A stretch of DNA of 36,312 nt, from positions 48,428,461 to 48,464,772 of the forward strand of contig NC_068986.1 in assembly GCF_001194135.2 (NCBI RefSeq), read 5' to 3'. The notes beneath the pieces were generated by a model. That model was not told where the DNA came from, searched no databases, and saw nothing but the letters and a program-made list of their open reading frames with translations. Each line of letters starts with the position of its first letter. Position 1 is the stretch's first letter. Of this stretch, positions 35,186-36,312 are shown piece by piece. Made by a program: the position numbers and the translations under genes. The DNA is from Octopus bimaculoides (taxonomy: Eukaryota).

Positions 35186-35890
35186 CTCCTTTTTGGTTGT
35201 ATATTGATTAGAGCCGCCTCTATTATATATATATATATNNNNNNNNNNNNNNNNNNNNNNNNNNNNNNNNNNNNNNNNNNNNNNNNNNNNNNNNNNNNNN
35301 NNNNNNNNNNNNNNNNNNNNNNNNNNNNNNNNNNNNNNNNNNNNNNNNNNNNNNNNNNNNNNNNNNNNNNNNNNNNNNNNNNNNNNNNNNNNNNNNNNNN
35401 NNNNNNNNNNNNNNNNNNNNNNNNNNNNNNNNNNNNNNNNNNNNNNNNNNNNNNNNNNNNNNNNNNNNNNNNNNNNNNNNNNNNNNNNNNNNNNNNNNNN
35501 NNNNNNNNNNNNNNNNNNNNNNNNNNNNNNNNNNNNNNNNNNNNNNNNNNNNNNNNNNNNNNNNNNNNNNNNNNNNNNNNNNNNNNNNNNNNNNNNNNNN
35601 NNNNNNNNNNNNNNNNNNNNNNNNNNNNNNNNNNNNNNNNNNNNNNNNNNNNNNNNNNNNNNNNNNNNNNNNNNNNNNNNNNNNNNNNNNNNNNNNNNNN
35701 NNNNNNNNNNNNNNNNNNNNNNNNNNNNNNNNNNNNNNNNNNNNNNNNNTATATATATGTATATATACAAACACACATATATATATATACATATATATAT
35801 ACATATATGTGCATGTATACATATATATACATGCATATATATGCATACACACATATGTATATACACATATATATTTATATACATACATAT

Positions 35891-35930
<40 letters not shown>

Positions 35931-36312
35931 AATGAGTATATGCATATATACGTACATTTATGTGCATACCGACATCCACTTGTATGTATAGGTGCATATC
36001 TGGGTACAGGACATTGCAAACAAAACGTAGACGAGAAAACAGACAAGCCACATAGAGAACATTCTGCTTCATCAGCTACCCCCGTTTTAACACCGGCGTT
36101 TGGAAGAGCTGGATAGGACGCATAGTTAAAACGGCTCTTCCCATGGACCGCAGAATAAATTTGTATACGCAAATTAAATCTTGCCATGGAGGAATGTAGT
36201 GGCGGACAAAAAACAAGACAGGAAAACAAACAGAAAAGGTTTTACGGCCAGACGAGAAAAAATATGTGTGTATGAACGCTGTGAGGCACGAACTTGAAAG
36301 TAGGGACGAAGT

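Noticed and set aside
16190-36075. Hammerhead ribozymes at CTGANGA motifs (16191, 19485, 26929, 29499, and minus strand near 30342 and 36068)
   Set aside because: None has a proper stem II followed by GAAA and closing stems I/III.

Overview
This is AT-rich, repeat-saturated eukaryotic genomic DNA from a gapped short-read scaffold: 9 N-gaps totalling about 3.1 kb, most bordered by (TA)n. The SINE families look like those of octopus (coleoid cephalopod) genomes; that is recognition from memory, not a database result. No complete gene, rRNA, intact tRNA or CRISPR array is visible, and almost all ORFs in the supplied track are microsatellite or N-gap artefacts. Supported content: about 18 copies or fragments of three tRNA-head SINE families with swapped modules; decayed fragments of R4/Dong, L1/Tx1 and RTE non-LTR retrotransposons; a broken IR/DR-type Tc1 transposon with D35E spacing; a mariner MITE; a Helentron-type non-autonomous element; several foldbacks; and extensive microsatellites. 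Best leads: (1) a ~545-bp non-coding element present in tandem and bounded by (AAT)n arrays, like the nearby R4/Dong 3' end, possibly a microsatellite-targeting non-autonomous retroelement; (2) a 151-codon non-repetitive open frame at 24699-25154, a candidate terminal exon of an unidentified gene; (3) a CpG-rich minus-strand region with canonical splice signals at about 6.1-7.0 kb, a candidate gene 5' end. I found no convincing multi-gene novel system; these leads are hypotheses.
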